Shown one piece after another: positions 52,516 through 64,000 of a stretch of DNA of 64,000 nt. The stretch lies in NCBI GenBank assembly GCA_963835065.1, contig CAWIEK010000012.1, positions 25,761-89,760 of the forward strand. Reading direction: 5' to 3'. The translations under genes and the position numbers were made by a program. The notes beneath the pieces were generated by a model. It saw only the letters and a list, made by a program, of their open reading frames with translations, did no database searches and was not told the origin of the DNA. Within the stretch, counting starts at the first letter, position 1. Every line of letters starts with the position of its first letter. The DNA is from an uncultured Chthonomonadaceae bacterium (GTDB lineage Bacteria > Armatimonadota > Chthonomonadetes > Chthonomonadales > Chthonomonadaceae).

Positions 52516-53157
52516 TTATCGGCGTCTTCCTACTTTCGGCGCGTTCCGAACAGACGGACGTGGTTCTGTTCGCTTCGTACCCGGAACATCTGCAGGCTTT
52601 ATATTTGGAGGCGTTTGCATTACTTTCGTCGCAAGCAATGGTTCGCTTCCGGCAATCGGCGTTGTCGCCAAACGTGGCGATTGCAGCCAGGCGGTAATCA
52701 CGCCGACGGCAATAAGGATAATCGCCTGAAATGTTGCAAGAAGGGCGTAATTCTGGTGCAGATCATGAAACAATTTTACATTTGCTTGCTGCCTTGCGGC
52801 GTCCATTTGTGGCAGCAGCATACGTAAATTAAATTCCGCCAGCAGCAACGCGCCGAACGTCAGCAGTTGCCGGATGCCGTCCGCCACAAACAACGCGCGA
52901 ACCGCCTGATACCGACGCCGCAAGGCAAACTGCGCCCCCGCCATCGCAATGCCGCACATTTCCACCAGGCCGGTAAAACCGCGCAGGCAATTGCCAACAA
53001 CCGTTTCCGCTTCCCGAACCGTCAGCCCGGACGCCTGAAACGCCGCCGGCATCACCGCCAGCCACAGCGTCACCAATCCGCCCAGCCACACCGCCAGCGC
53101 CAGCAGATGCAATCCATCCAGCAACGCGGGAACCCAAGATTTCATAGCCAGTTTCAT
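52516..53157 (-). CDS. DUF4149/CopD-like membrane protein
   Basis: LHLLALAVWLGG...VMPAAF; LLPQM...FHDLHQ; 4 TMs. Confidence 0.75.
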   Translation of the reverse strand: MKLAMKSWVPALLDGLHLLALAVWLGGLVTLWLAVMPAAFQASGLTVREAETVVGNCLRGFTGLVEMCGIAMAGAQFALRRRYQAVRALFVADGIRQLLTFGALLLAEFNLRMLLPQMDAARQQANVKLFHDLHQNYALLATFQAIILIAVGVITAWLQSPRLATTPIAGSEPLLATKVMQTPPNIKPADVPGTKRTEPRPSVRNAPKVGRRR

Positions 53158-53452
53158 ACGCGCCCCAAGCCTTCAAAAGACATTCTTCTCAACGCCCAAC
53201 ACTCAACGCTTGTTCACAGTATAGCATACGCAGCCCTACCCCTTGCAGGAAAAAATCTTCTTCTATATCCCCTCTTCTGTCTTCTGTCTTCTCTTCTTCT
53301 TTTCTTCTCTTCTGTCTTCCATCTTCCTCTCCCGAATTGACACTGTTCTGTTTGACGCGGTATACTAGCCCAATCATAAAATTTTCAACCTTTGGCTGCG
53401 CGAACGGCGGCCATACCCTTTGCAAGACCATGTGCCACACGGGAGGAAGACG

Positions 53453-54961
53453 ATGCAGGAAACGGAAATCGGAGTGCGCGAGGGGCTTAGTTTTGACGAT
53501 GTGCTGCTGCTGCCCCGCGATACCGACATCACTCCCGGCGAGGTGGACCCGCGTACCACCATTGCGGGCGACATCACGCTCCGCTCGCCCATTCTAAGTT
53601 CGCCGATGGATCGCGTTACCGAAGCCCGCATGGCGATTGCGATGGCCCGCGAAGGCGGATTAGGGATTATCCACCGCAACATGAGTCCTGAAATGCAGGC
53701 GCAGGAAGTGGACAAAGTGAAGCGCAGCGAACACGGCATTATCGTAGACCCCATCAGCCTGCCGCCCGATAAATCCATCCGCGACGCCCTGCAAATCATG
53801 GAGCGCTACCACATTTCCGGCGTACCCATCACCGAACCGGAAACCGGGCGATTGGTTGGCATCCTCACCAACCGCGACATCCGCTTTGAAACCGATTTTG
53901 CGCGTCCCATCAGCGACATTATGACAAGCGACCGTTCCCCCAAAGGCGGACTGGTGACGGCTCCGCTCGGAACCACGCTGGAACAGGCGCAGAACATTTT
54001 GCAGCAGCATCGCATCGAAAAACTCCCGATTGTGGACAGCAACCGCAAACTGCTCGGCCTGATTACCATTAAGGACATCCAAAAAGTCCGCCAGTTCCCC
54101 AACGCCACCAAAGACGCGCGTGGGCGGCTGCGCTGCGGCGCTGCGATTGGACCCTTGCGCGATCCGGTCGGGCGAACCGCTGCGCTGGTCGAGGCGGGCG
54201 TGGACGTGATTGTGATTGACGCGGCGCACGGACATTCGCGCGGTGTCCTGAATGCGTTGCGGGCGGTCAAAAGCGAGTTTCCCAACCTGATCGTTATCGC
54301 CGGGAATGCGGCGACAGCGGAAAGCGCGCGGGATTTGGCCCAGGCGGGCGCGGATGCGCTCCGGGTCGGGTTGGGCGGTGGAAGCATCTGCACCACGCGC
54401 ATCGTCAGCGGCGTGGGCGTTCCGCAATTAACGGCCATCATGGACTGCGCCAAAGAAGCCGCGCGTTACGGCATTGCCGTGATTGCGGATGGGGGCATCC
54501 GATGGAGCGGCGACGCGGTAAAAGCCCTTGCGGGCGGAGCCTCGGCGATTATGGTCGGCAACATGCTTGCGGGCGCGCAGGAAGCGCCCGGCGAAGTGAT
54601 TTTGTATCAGGGCCGCGCCTACAAAGATTACCGGGGCATGGGCAGCGAAGCCGCCATGCGCGAAGGGTCCAGCGACCGTTACGGGCAGGCAAGCACGGCT
54701 CAATTCGTGCCCGAAGGCGTGGAAGGCCGCGTTCCCTACAAGGGCGCGCTGCACGATACCATTCATCAGCTTATGGGCGGCATCCGCTCCGGCATGGGCT
54801 ATATCGGGGCGCACACCCTTGCCGACCTGCACGAGCGGGCGCAGTTCATGCGGATTACAGGCGCAAGCCTGCGCGAGTCCCACGTCCACGACGTCTGGAT
54901 CACCAAAGAGCCACCGAACTATTCCAGCGAATACGCCATGAACGACATTCCGCGTGAGTAG
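53453..54961 (+). CDS. guaB: IMP dehydrogenase
   Basis: [18 protein letters not shown] pair, [34 protein letters not shown]. Confidence 0.97.
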   Translation: MQETEIGVREGLSFDDVLLLPRDTDITPGEVDPRTTIAGDITLRSPILSSPMDRVTEARMAIAMAREGGLGIIHRNMSPEMQAQEVDKVKRSEHGIIVDPISLPPDKSIRDALQIMERYHISGVPITEPETGRLVGILTNRDIRFETDFARPISDIMTSDRSPKGGLVTAPLGTTLEQAQNILQQHRIEKLPIVDSNRKLLGLITIKDIQKVRQFPNATKDARGRLRCGAAIGPLRDPVGRTAALVEAGVDVIVIDAAHGHSRGVLNALRAVKSEFPNLIVIAGNAATAESARDLAQAGADALRVGLGGGSICTTRIVSGVGVPQLTAIMDCAKEAARYGIAVIADGGIRWSGDAVKALAGGASAIMVGNMLAGAQEAPGEVILYQGRAYKDYRGMGSEAAMREGSSDRYGQASTAQFVPEGVEGRVPYKGALHDTIHQLMGGIRSGMGYIGAHTLADLHERAQFMRITGASLRESHVHDVWITKEPPNYSSEYAMNDIPRE

Positions 54962-55032
54962 ACACCGTTGCGTGTACGCAAATAGGCTCTGATCTACCTG
55001 ATTGATTTGTTCGTGACCGGGAAGCTAAACAC

Positions 55033-55266
55033 ATGCCAACGATTCACGCCGAACTATTCGGTGATAAGGCGGTACTGCCGCGTACAGAACTCGACACTCT
55101 GCTCAATCTTGCGCGGCAACACGAGAATGTAGAACTGATTGCGCAACAAGATAATGTTTCCACTGCTGAATTGATGCTGCTGGCGGAACAGGGAGGGGCA
55201 TTCGATTTTCTAGCCGAGGATGAGGATGTGTATACGATTGACGACCTGAAGGTACGCTATAAATGA
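55033..55266 (+). CDS. Probable type II antitoxin
   Basis: 77 aa with acidic C-terminus (GGAFDFLAEDEDVYTIDDLK); ATGA overlap with a MazF-like start. Confidence 0.65.
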   Translation: MPTIHAELFGDKAVLPRTELDTLLNLARQHENVELIAQQDNVSTAELMLLAEQGGAFDFLAEDEDVYTIDDLKVRYK

Positions 55267-55328
55267 AGCGGGGCAAAATCGTTATATCGCCATTTCCTTT
55301 TACCGACTTGTCAGGTTCACAAAATTAA
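55263..55328 (+). pseudogene. Truncated PemK/MazF toxin remnant
   Basis: MKRGKIVISPFPFTDLSGSQN* matches the PemK/MazF N-terminus (M.RGD.V..PFPFTDLS..K.RP); the rest is absent. Confidence 0.75.
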
Positions 55329-55350
55329 GGGCAGGAGGCCCAATACAAGC

Positions 55351-58029
55351 ATGGCGGCATTGACAATTACAGCAGCAGCCTACCACGACAAAGTTTTGGG
55401 AGCCTGGCAGGGCAAAAGCGCGGGCGTCACGATGGGAGCCGGGCATCGCGGCCAGCTCGTGCCCGGACGCAACAATTTCTATAGCCCCATTCCCGGCCAG
55501 CCCGTCGCCAGCCTTGCCTTAGACTTTCCGCTCGTCTGGCTGCGCGCTCTGGAAGAAAGCGGACCGGATGTGGTTCCCGAAGACCTTGCCGTCGCCTGGC
55601 TGGAACATCTGGACTATGCGCAAGATGAGTTCGGCTATGCCGCGCTGAATTTGCGCCGGGGCCTGCCCCCACCCGCTTCGGGGGCACATTCCAACTGGTT
55701 CAAACACGCGACAGGCGGCCTGATGCGCGCGGACTTGTGGGCGATGATCGCGCCGGGTTCGCCGCAAACCGCCGCCGCGTATGCCTACCATGACGCCAAA
55801 CTCGACCACAGCGAGGAAGGAGTTTGGGCGGCGATGTTTCTGGCCGCCCTGGGCAGCGCGGCCTTTTTCCTCAGCGATCCCATCATTCTGTCCACCATCG
55901 GGCTTGCCATGATCCCGCGCACCTGCCGCGTGGCGCGAGGCGTAAAAACCGCCATTGCCGCCTGGCAGCGGGCGGCAAGCTGGCTTGAAGCGCGCGAAAG
56001 CGTACAGCACGAAGTCGGTTCGCCCAATTACACAGACGCGCCACAAAACTTAGGGTTCTTCACCATCGGCCTCTTATATGGACAGCGCGATTTCGGCACA
56101 TCGTTGTGCGCCGGAGTGAATTGCGGCTATGATTCCGAAGTAACAGGCGGCGCGCTCGGAGCCGTATTGGGCATTCTCAAGGGCAGTTCGCTTTTGCCCG
56201 AACCCTGGATTGCGCCCCTGGGCAACCTGCTTATTCCCGGAGCGGGGATGCGCGATATGGATGCGCCCCTGAGCCTGACCGAAGTGGCCGAACGCGCCGT
56301 CGCGCTCGGCAAGCGCGTGATCGCCGCGCGCTGCCCCGACCTGGAACTCACGGAAAACAGCCAATCCGCAGCCACTCCCCTCCCGGCAACGCCCATTGCC
56401 GCTCCCCCACCTGTGTCTTCTCCCTCGGCCTCCGACATTGCTTCCCGCTTCGCCGGCCTGGACTTTACGCCGGACGCAGAGGAAGAAGAGAAGAAAAGAA
56501 GAAAAGAAGAAGAGGAGAGAGGGGGAGAGGGAACAGGGGACAGGGAACAGGGAACAGAAGGAAAGATACAAGATACAAGATACAAGATACAAGAAGGAGT
56601 GGATGCTCTATCAACTATCAACTATCAACTATCAACTTCTGCTTCCTCCTTACCGGACTCTCCTCTTGCCGCCGCTACGCCGCCGCCCGCAGACATGAGC
56701 ATCGCGCCCGGTGATGCGCAGCCTTACAAGCAATCTGCCGAACCTGTGGAACGCCCTCATGCCACTGATCCTGATCTGATTACAACCGCAGCCCCGCCCA
56801 ACGCCGACGCTTTGGAGGAAGAAACGGGCATCACGCTGCAAGAGGATGAGGAAGAAAAGCAGGGAACAGGGAACAGGGTACAGGGTACAGAAGACACACA
56901 ATCCCTAATCGGCAATCGGCAATCGGCAATCGAAAATTCTCCTCAACAGGAATTTACCGCGCAAACGTCGGCTTATAACACCAGCAATACGCCGTCCGCG
57001 TCCATGCTGTCTGCCGCTTTCAAGCCGCAGGCGGTGAGTCAAACGCCTGCCCCGCCTATCGGCACGGCTGCTGATCCTTCTGGCGGTACTCCGACCGCCG
57101 GCAGTTCTCCCGCGCCTGATCCGATTGACGCGATTGCGTGGGCGGACAGTACGCGGGTGAAGCCGCTGCTTATCACGCCGCCGAACGCGCTGGTCGGGCA
57201 GGCGGGTCCGCTTGAGGTCGTCATGGACACAGGAGAGTCACCCACGATTGCAGCCAACGTTCCCAAAACGCTCTCGTTCCATGTCACCAACCACAGTGGG
57301 GAGCCGTTTAGCGGGCGTATCACCCTGCTCGCGCCGCCCGGCTGGCAGATCGCCGCGCCGCCCACATTGGGACAGCACCAATTTCTGGCCGCGTATCAGG
57401 GTACGTTGCGCGCCGACTTTTCCGTCCGCGCCCCCGATGGCGCGGCGCGTATTGACATCGCCAATGCCGTTACCCTGCGGTTTACGCCCGACACCGGAGC
57501 GCCGCCGATGGAAGCCGAATTTGTTTTGTTGGGCGCAAGCTGCTGGTGGACGGTGGGGCCATTCGCCAATTTCGATGGCGAGGGCTTTGACCGCTCCTAT
57601 CCCCCGGAAGACCGCCCCGGCATCAACGAAAGTTATATCAGCCGCAGCATGCAAAACGCGCGCTGGGAAAAGCGCGTGTTTACGGAAAGCGTTCTGGATT
57701 TGGAAGCGCTGTTTCGCGCCTCGTCGGGCGTGGTCTACGGGCAGACAATCCTGCGCAGTCCCACCGCCCGCGAAGCGCGGCTGGTCGCCAACACCAACAG
57801 CGGCGTCAAACTCTGGCTTAACAACGCGCTCGTGCTGCGCCGCTTTCATCGCGAACCGTTCCGTCCCCTTTTAGGCAGCGGCTCGTGGACAGCCGATGTG
57901 ACGCTCAACGCCGGCGACAACGCCCTGATCGTCAAGTGGGTGCGCGGCACGGAACCGTTCCAGTTCAGCCTCACCGTCAGCGACCGTCAGGGACGCGGCT
58001 TGCCGGAGATTGGGAACACCAGTTGGTGA
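55351..58029 (+). CDS. ADP-ribosylglycohydrolase-family protein with long low-complexity linker and C-terminal beta domains
   Basis: YHDKVLGAWQGK..G.TMG, NLRRGLPPPASG, MRADLWAMIAPGSP, VNCGYD; C-terminal W.TVGPF and GVKLWLN...LNAGDN.L.VK. Confidence 0.8.
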   Translation: MAALTITAAAYHDKVLGAWQGKSAGVTMGAGHRGQLVPGRNNFYSPIPGQPVASLALDFPLVWLRALEESGPDVVPEDLAVAWLEHLDYAQDEFGYAALNLRRGLPPPASGAHSNWFKHATGGLMRADLWAMIAPGSPQTAAAYAYHDAKLDHSEEGVWAAMFLAALGSAAFFLSDPIILSTIGLAMIPRTCRVARGVKTAIAAWQRAASWLEARESVQHEVGSPNYTDAPQNLGFFTIGLLYGQRDFGTSLCAGVNCGYDSEVTGGALGAVLGILKGSSLLPEPWIAPLGNLLIPGAGMRDMDAPLSLTEVAERAVALGKRVIAARCPDLELTENSQSAATPLPATPIAAPPPVSSPSASDIASRFAGLDFTPDAEEEEKKRRKEEEERGGEGTGDREQGTEGKIQDTRYKIQEGVDALSTINYQLSTSASSLPDSPLAAATPPPADMSIAPGDAQPYKQSAEPVERPHATDPDLITTAAPPNADALEEETGITLQEDEEEKQGTGNRVQGTEDTQSLIGNRQSAIENSPQQEFTAQTSAYNTSNTPSASMLSAAFKPQAVSQTPAPPIGTAADPSGGTPTAGSSPAPDPIDAIAWADSTRVKPLLITPPNALVGQAGPLEVVMDTGESPTIAANVPKTLSFHVTNHSGEPFSGRITLLAPPGWQIAAPPTLGQHQFLAAYQGTLRADFSVRAPDGAARIDIANAVTLRFTPDTGAPPMEAEFVLLGASCWWTVGPFANFDGEGFDRSYPPEDRPGINESYISRSMQNARWEKRVFTESVLDLEALFRASSGVVYGQTILRSPTAREARLVANTNSGVKLWLNNALVLRRFHREPFRPLLGSGSWTADVTLNAGDNALIVKWVRGTEPFQFSLTVSDRQGRGLPEIGNTSW

Positions 58030-58032
58030 GGA

Positions 58033-58135
58033 AGTTGATAGTTGATAGTTGATAGCAGCATCCCTACTGTAGAGTGGCGTTATGCCGGTGAGTCCTCAGT
58101 TGCGAGATAGAACTATCAACTATCAACTATCAACT
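58033..58135. repeat. Inverted heptamer arrays (AGTTGAT)x3 / (CTATCAA)x3 between convergent genes
   Basis: 58033-58055 is the reverse complement of 58113-58135. Confidence 0.9.
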
Positions 58136-58466
58136 TGATACTCGGCGCTTTTACAAGGGCGCGGAAGCCGTTGGCGTCGAGCAGGGACAAAAAGGCGGAG
58201 ATTGGCGGGCGGCGCAACAGATTTAGAATTTGCTGCGCCATTTCCGGCGGCACACCGCTCAGATTGTCCAGATGGGTTTCGCTGACTTGCAGCAGTTGTC
58301 CGTAGCTGTACAGGGTCAATCCCCACGCCACGCGCAGCGACGTATCCGTGTAGAGTATAATATTGTCGTTGAGCGGAATGGTACGCGCGAAATTTTCGTC
58401 AAAAACAGCGAAGGTCGCTTCCAAAACATCCTCGTCAGCCTCATAAATTAGTTCAAAAGACGCCAT
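58116..58466 (-). CDS. Hypothetical protein
   Basis: AAGGAG RBS before MASFELIYE; its last codons are supplied by the heptamer repeat. Confidence 0.7.
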   Translation of the reverse strand: MASFELIYEADEDVLEATFAVFDENFARTIPLNDNIILYTDTSLRVAWGLTLYSYGQLLQVSETHLDNLSGVPPEMAQQILNLLRRPPISAFLSLLDANGFRALVKAPSIKLIVDS

Positions 58467-58744
58467 TTTGCTCTGCTCCTTCCGGTAATTCTTCCGTATA
58501 ATGTACCATGCCATCATAATACCTACAGCGCGACAGTGCGCGGCAACCTTGCGGGCGAGATTTTAACCAGGATTACCCGTACTTAGGGTCCGTAAATGTA
58601 TAACCTCCCGTTTGCAAAGGTCGGTGTTCCTGCTGGTTCGGGAACTTATACTTTTACGAACCCTTATCGCCCATTTACCGGCAGGTATCGGCCTACGGCT
58701 GCCGGAGTGTTGTTTTCGAGGAATGTATTCAAAGGAGACCCGGA

Positions 58745-59899
58745 GTGTCGCATTCACATATCTTTCGCATCGAAAGTCCTCAGCGCGCGGCTGGAAAATG
58801 GCGGGGGCGGCAAGGCGGCAATGGCCGGTTTATGCTCCCGGTTGTCCTATTGATGGGCAGTCTTGCCGGCTGCAAATCTTCGGATTTCGCCCCGGAAGTG
58901 GACAAAGAATCCAAAGCCTATAAATACCTCCATTCTGCGGAAGTGCAGCCTTTTAAGAGCGCGGTTGCGGGCGGCAGAAGCGATATAGATGTTGCGACGG
59001 GCAGGTCCTATACGCCAATGTCGGGCGCGCAACTCCCGCAGATGGCCCGCCCGGTTGCTGTCAGCAGCGACCTGGTTCTGGACGATCCGAACGGATTGAG
59101 CGATTCGGGCGAGAAAGCCGGCAGTTGGGTCGGCACACTGGACATCTACTGGAAGCTAAACTGGATTCGGCAGGAATTGATGATGGGCAATGTGCCCCGG
59201 GTGCTGCCGGATGTGATTGCGCATCAGCGCCGCCACATTGTTCGCATTCGGCGCGAAGGCAAACACCTGGCTCCCGATCCCGGCCATTACATTCCCGCCG
59301 GTGTGACGATTGAAGAAGTGCTTGACTATGCGGACAACGCCTTCAAGCAACTTGAGGACGGCCTCAAACACCTGGAGCAGGAAAATTTGCTGGAGGCGTC
59401 GGGAATTCGCGCGCTGTCGGTTCCCTGGAGCGCAAGCGAGGCCGAAATCACAAAGCAGTTTCAACTGCAAGGGCTGATTAAAACCGAACATGCGACGGCA
59501 ACGGCGGATAAAGAGGACGAGGAAGGTTCTTCCATTACCGTTCGCCGCCTGCACACGCCGCGCTCCGCGCCCCTCACCCGGCAGGAAGAAGCCGTTGACC
59601 TAGCGCTGAAGTATGCGCGAACGTACCATGCGTCGCCCGAAGACGTGGCGCGGCGCAATTTCGAGGCCGCCCTGCGCAACATCGTCAACCTGCGCGACCT
59701 GCTGCATTACCAGTTTCACAAGCCGAGCGTGGAAGGCAGCAGCACGATGATACCCGGCTTGCTCCATCAGGAAGCCGGCACACTGCCTCCGGCCAATCCG
59801 ACCGCGCCCGTGAAAGAGTCTGACGACCCGTTTCGCAAGCAGGGGGATACGTCGCCTGCTGTCGTAGACCCATTCCACACAGACAGCGCCTCGCACTAA
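58745..59899 (+). CDS. Hypothetical lipoprotein
   Basis: Lipobox LLMGSLAGC; start uncertain (58745 or 58832). Confidence 0.7.
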   Translation: MSHSHIFRIESPQRAAGKWRGRQGGNGRFMLPVVLLMGSLAGCKSSDFAPEVDKESKAYKYLHSAEVQPFKSAVAGGRSDIDVATGRSYTPMSGAQLPQMARPVAVSSDLVLDDPNGLSDSGEKAGSWVGTLDIYWKLNWIRQELMMGNVPRVLPDVIAHQRRHIVRIRREGKHLAPDPGHYIPAGVTIEEVLDYADNAFKQLEDGLKHLEQENLLEASGIRALSVPWSASEAEITKQFQLQGLIKTEHATATADKEDEEGSSITVRRLHTPRSAPLTRQEEAVDLALKYARTYHASPEDVARRNFEAALRNIVNLRDLLHYQFHKPSVEGSSTMIPGLLHQEAGTLPPANPTAPVKESDDPFRKQGDTSPAVVDPFHTDSASH

Positions 59900-60041
59900 G
59901 CGTTCATAGTGGCTTTAAGGAACCTGACAAGCAAACGGCGTCAGACTGTGGTACAATATATTGCAATTCTGTTCACCATTTTGCAAGCACTTGCGCGGAC
60001 TGCGATGCGGCCCGCCTTTTACATGTTACGGCAATGAGTAC

Positions 60042-60119
60042 GGAGCATTAAGCGTTAAGCATTGAGGAGCATCTATCCTTCTTCTGGCTTCACGCTCAAC
60101 ACTCAACGCTTAATGCTCC
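60042..60119. repeat. Inverted heptamer-derived repeat in the typA leader
   Basis: ggagcattaagcgtt ... aacgcttaatgctcc, a perfect 15-bp inverted repeat. Confidence 0.85.
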
Positions 60120-60130
60120 CAAAGGGACCT

Positions 60131-61996
<1,866 letters not shown>

Positions 61997-62187
61997 GTGG
62001 CTGGTGGTTAGTGGCTGGTGGCTAGAGCCACAACAAAAAACACCTCGCCGCCCGATAACAACTCTGCCTTACTCTGTGAACAACGCCTGCATATCCCATA
62101 AGGGAGGTGCAGGCATTGTTTTGTTGGCGAACTACTCAACAAGCCGCATCCTAGATGAATACGGGAAAGCGGCAGGAAGAAAAAAGG

Positions 62188-62333
62188 ATATGTAGAGTCA
62201 TCGTCGAAATCTTGGCAATACAGCGCTTCCAGCCCGATGTCTCGTTGTGTCTGGTTGTAGGAGAGAGGCGTCGTGACCTCGGCAGCATCAGGGCGAACGG
62301 GAGGGGGAAACATAGGCTTTGCACCTCCCTTCC
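62188..62333 (-). repeat. Dispersed ~145-bp repeat, copy 2 (candidate structured RNA)
   Basis: Reverse complement matches 41083-41227. Confidence 0.8.
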
Positions 62334-62375
62334 TGTATGGATAGCACGTGTCTAAACAGTAGACGTTTGTATTAA

Positions 62376-62432
62376 CTAGTGGGTCAGTTGTTCCGCAGCC
62401 TGACAAATGCCGTTGAACTGTCTGTCCGTTTG
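62376..62432 (-). mobile_element. Inverted copy of the IS630 right end
   Basis: 62381-62432 is the reverse complement of 63949-64000 (1 mismatch), preceded by ctagt. Confidence 0.8.
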
Positions 62433-62662
62433 GCGATGGGTACCATATTGGAGCGGGTTGCGTATTCCATCTAGAAATATCTTTGCGAAGATCGCTAGAA
62501 GCCTGGCCGAATCGTCTTGACACGGCGAACGCTCAATTTAATGCCGCGTTAGACTGCCCTCTGCGGGGCCTCTTCACAATTTTGCGGCTCCTATGACCTG
62601 ACAATTTTCGAGTGTTTCAGGCAAAAATACCGTTTCGGCACACTTCTAAGCAGGAGGAACCA

Positions 62663-64000
62663 ATGGCTCGTCCTCTCAAACATCCTTTGCGTTCCCTGAC
62701 CCAAGACGAACGCACTCTGCTCGAAGCGCTCGCCCGCTCTCGCAATGCGCCCGCCGACCGCATTGCCCGGGCGCAAGAGATTCTTGCGGTTGCCGCCGGA
62801 GCCTCCCTGGGCGCGGCGGTTGTGAGGGCGGGCAGACGGTGCCGGCAGGCGCTTGCGGAATTGATTGTACGCTTCAACGAGCAGGGTCTGGAGGCCATCT
62901 TGGGCCATCATGGGGGCGGTCCCGCTCTGCGTTATGGGACGTCGGAGCAAGCCCGTATCCTCCAAGAGTTTGCTCGCCCGCCGGATCGGGAGAAAGATGG
63001 GACGGCGACCTGGTCCTTGACGACCTTACAGCGAGCGCTGCGTCGCGCTCCAGACGGCCTGCCCACTGTCAGCACCTATGTGATCTTCCAGACACTCCAC
63101 CAGGCGGGCTATACCTGGCAGAAGGATCGAACCTGGTGCGACACCGGAATTGTCGAGCGCAAACGCAAGGAAGGCATCGTCACAGTCACCGACCCGCACG
63201 CCCTGGAAAAAAGGGGGCCATTGAGCAGGCGTACACTTTAGCCGAACAGGCCGGCATTCCGGTCTGGAATCAGGACGAAGCGGGTCCTTATCAGGCCATT
63301 CCGCAGCCAGGAACGAGCTGGCAAAAGGAAGGAGAACCCGCCCGACGCTCACATGAGTATATTCGCCAGGGAACCGCCAAGTTACTGACGCTGTTTCATC
63401 CTAAAAGCGGTCATGTCCGTGCTTTGCCTGTCGAGCAAGCGACCAATGCGATCCTCCATCCCTGGCTCAAGCAGGAATTGACAGCGATCCTGAGCACCTT
63501 GCCGGACATACTGCCGCAAAGCGAGACCGCTTGGGGCCGACGTTTTCGCGATTGGGACTTTGCGGACGAGGCCGTTTCGGAGCGCAATTGGCCCCTCGTG
63601 CGCTTGATCTTGATCTGGGACAATCTCGCCGGTCATCTCACACCGGATATGGTCGTCTGGTTAATTGCGCACGGGATTGTTCCTTTATATACGCCCTTGG
63701 GAGGCAGTTGGCTCAATATGGCCGAAAGTATCCAGCGTATTTTGGTGCGTCGGGCCTTGTCTGGGCAGCATCCCGAAAGTTCAGAACAGATCATGGAATG
63801 GTTGTCCGCTACCGTGCGCGGTTGGAATGCCGATCCGACGCCCTTTGAGTGGGGCGGCAAACGCTGGGAACGTCGCCAGCGTTTTCGGGAGCGTCACCAA
63901 CTCGGCGGTTCCCGTGCTTACACACAGCGTTCTGTCCGTAGACGCTGGCAAACGAACAGACAGTTCAACGGCATTTGTCAGGCTGCGGAACAACTGACCC
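62663..64000 (+). mobile_element. IS630-family transposase (HTH orfA + DDE orfB, -1 frameshift), runs off the window
   Basis: orfA MARPLKHPLR...TATWSLTTLQRALR; slippery GAAAAAAGGGG at ~63206; orfB NQDEAGP, LIWDNLAGH, YTPLGGSWLNMAES. Confidence 0.92.

Overview
GC-rich bacterial chromosomal window. The gene repertoire (two prepilin-type/DUF1559-like genes, CRTAC1/TPR pairs, DUF1501, proteins ending in an 'LLR..PPEQLVRA' tail) suggests Armatimonadota or a similar lineage; this is inference. From left to right: (1) an FtsZ/tubulin-like (Tubulin_2) operon with a degenerate second tubulin-like gene and a degenerate transglutaminase-like membrane protein; (2) hydrolases; (3) a prepilin/TPR/CRTAC1 cluster; (4) the conserved HD-hydrolase-ybeY-dgkA-corC operon; (5) DsbA-like and MFS genes; (6) large secreted repeat proteins, including an S8 protease; (7) DUF1501; (8) a 5.28-kb tandem duplication (sodium:solute symporter to glcD-like); (9) guaB, an antitoxin with a truncated PemK/MazF toxin, and an ADP-ribosylglycohydrolase-like gene; (10) typA/bipA and an IS630 element running off the right edge. 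The window also carries many different 7-8 bp tandem repeat families, often as inverted pairs and sometimes in frame inside genes. There are several MITE/REP-like inverted repeats and a dispersed ~145-bp repeat with a consensus stem (candidate ncRNA). Many single-base frameshifts suggest indel errors in the assembly, so pseudogene calls are tentative. I saw no tRNA, rRNA or CRISPR array. All family calls come from motif recognition by eye, not from database searches.
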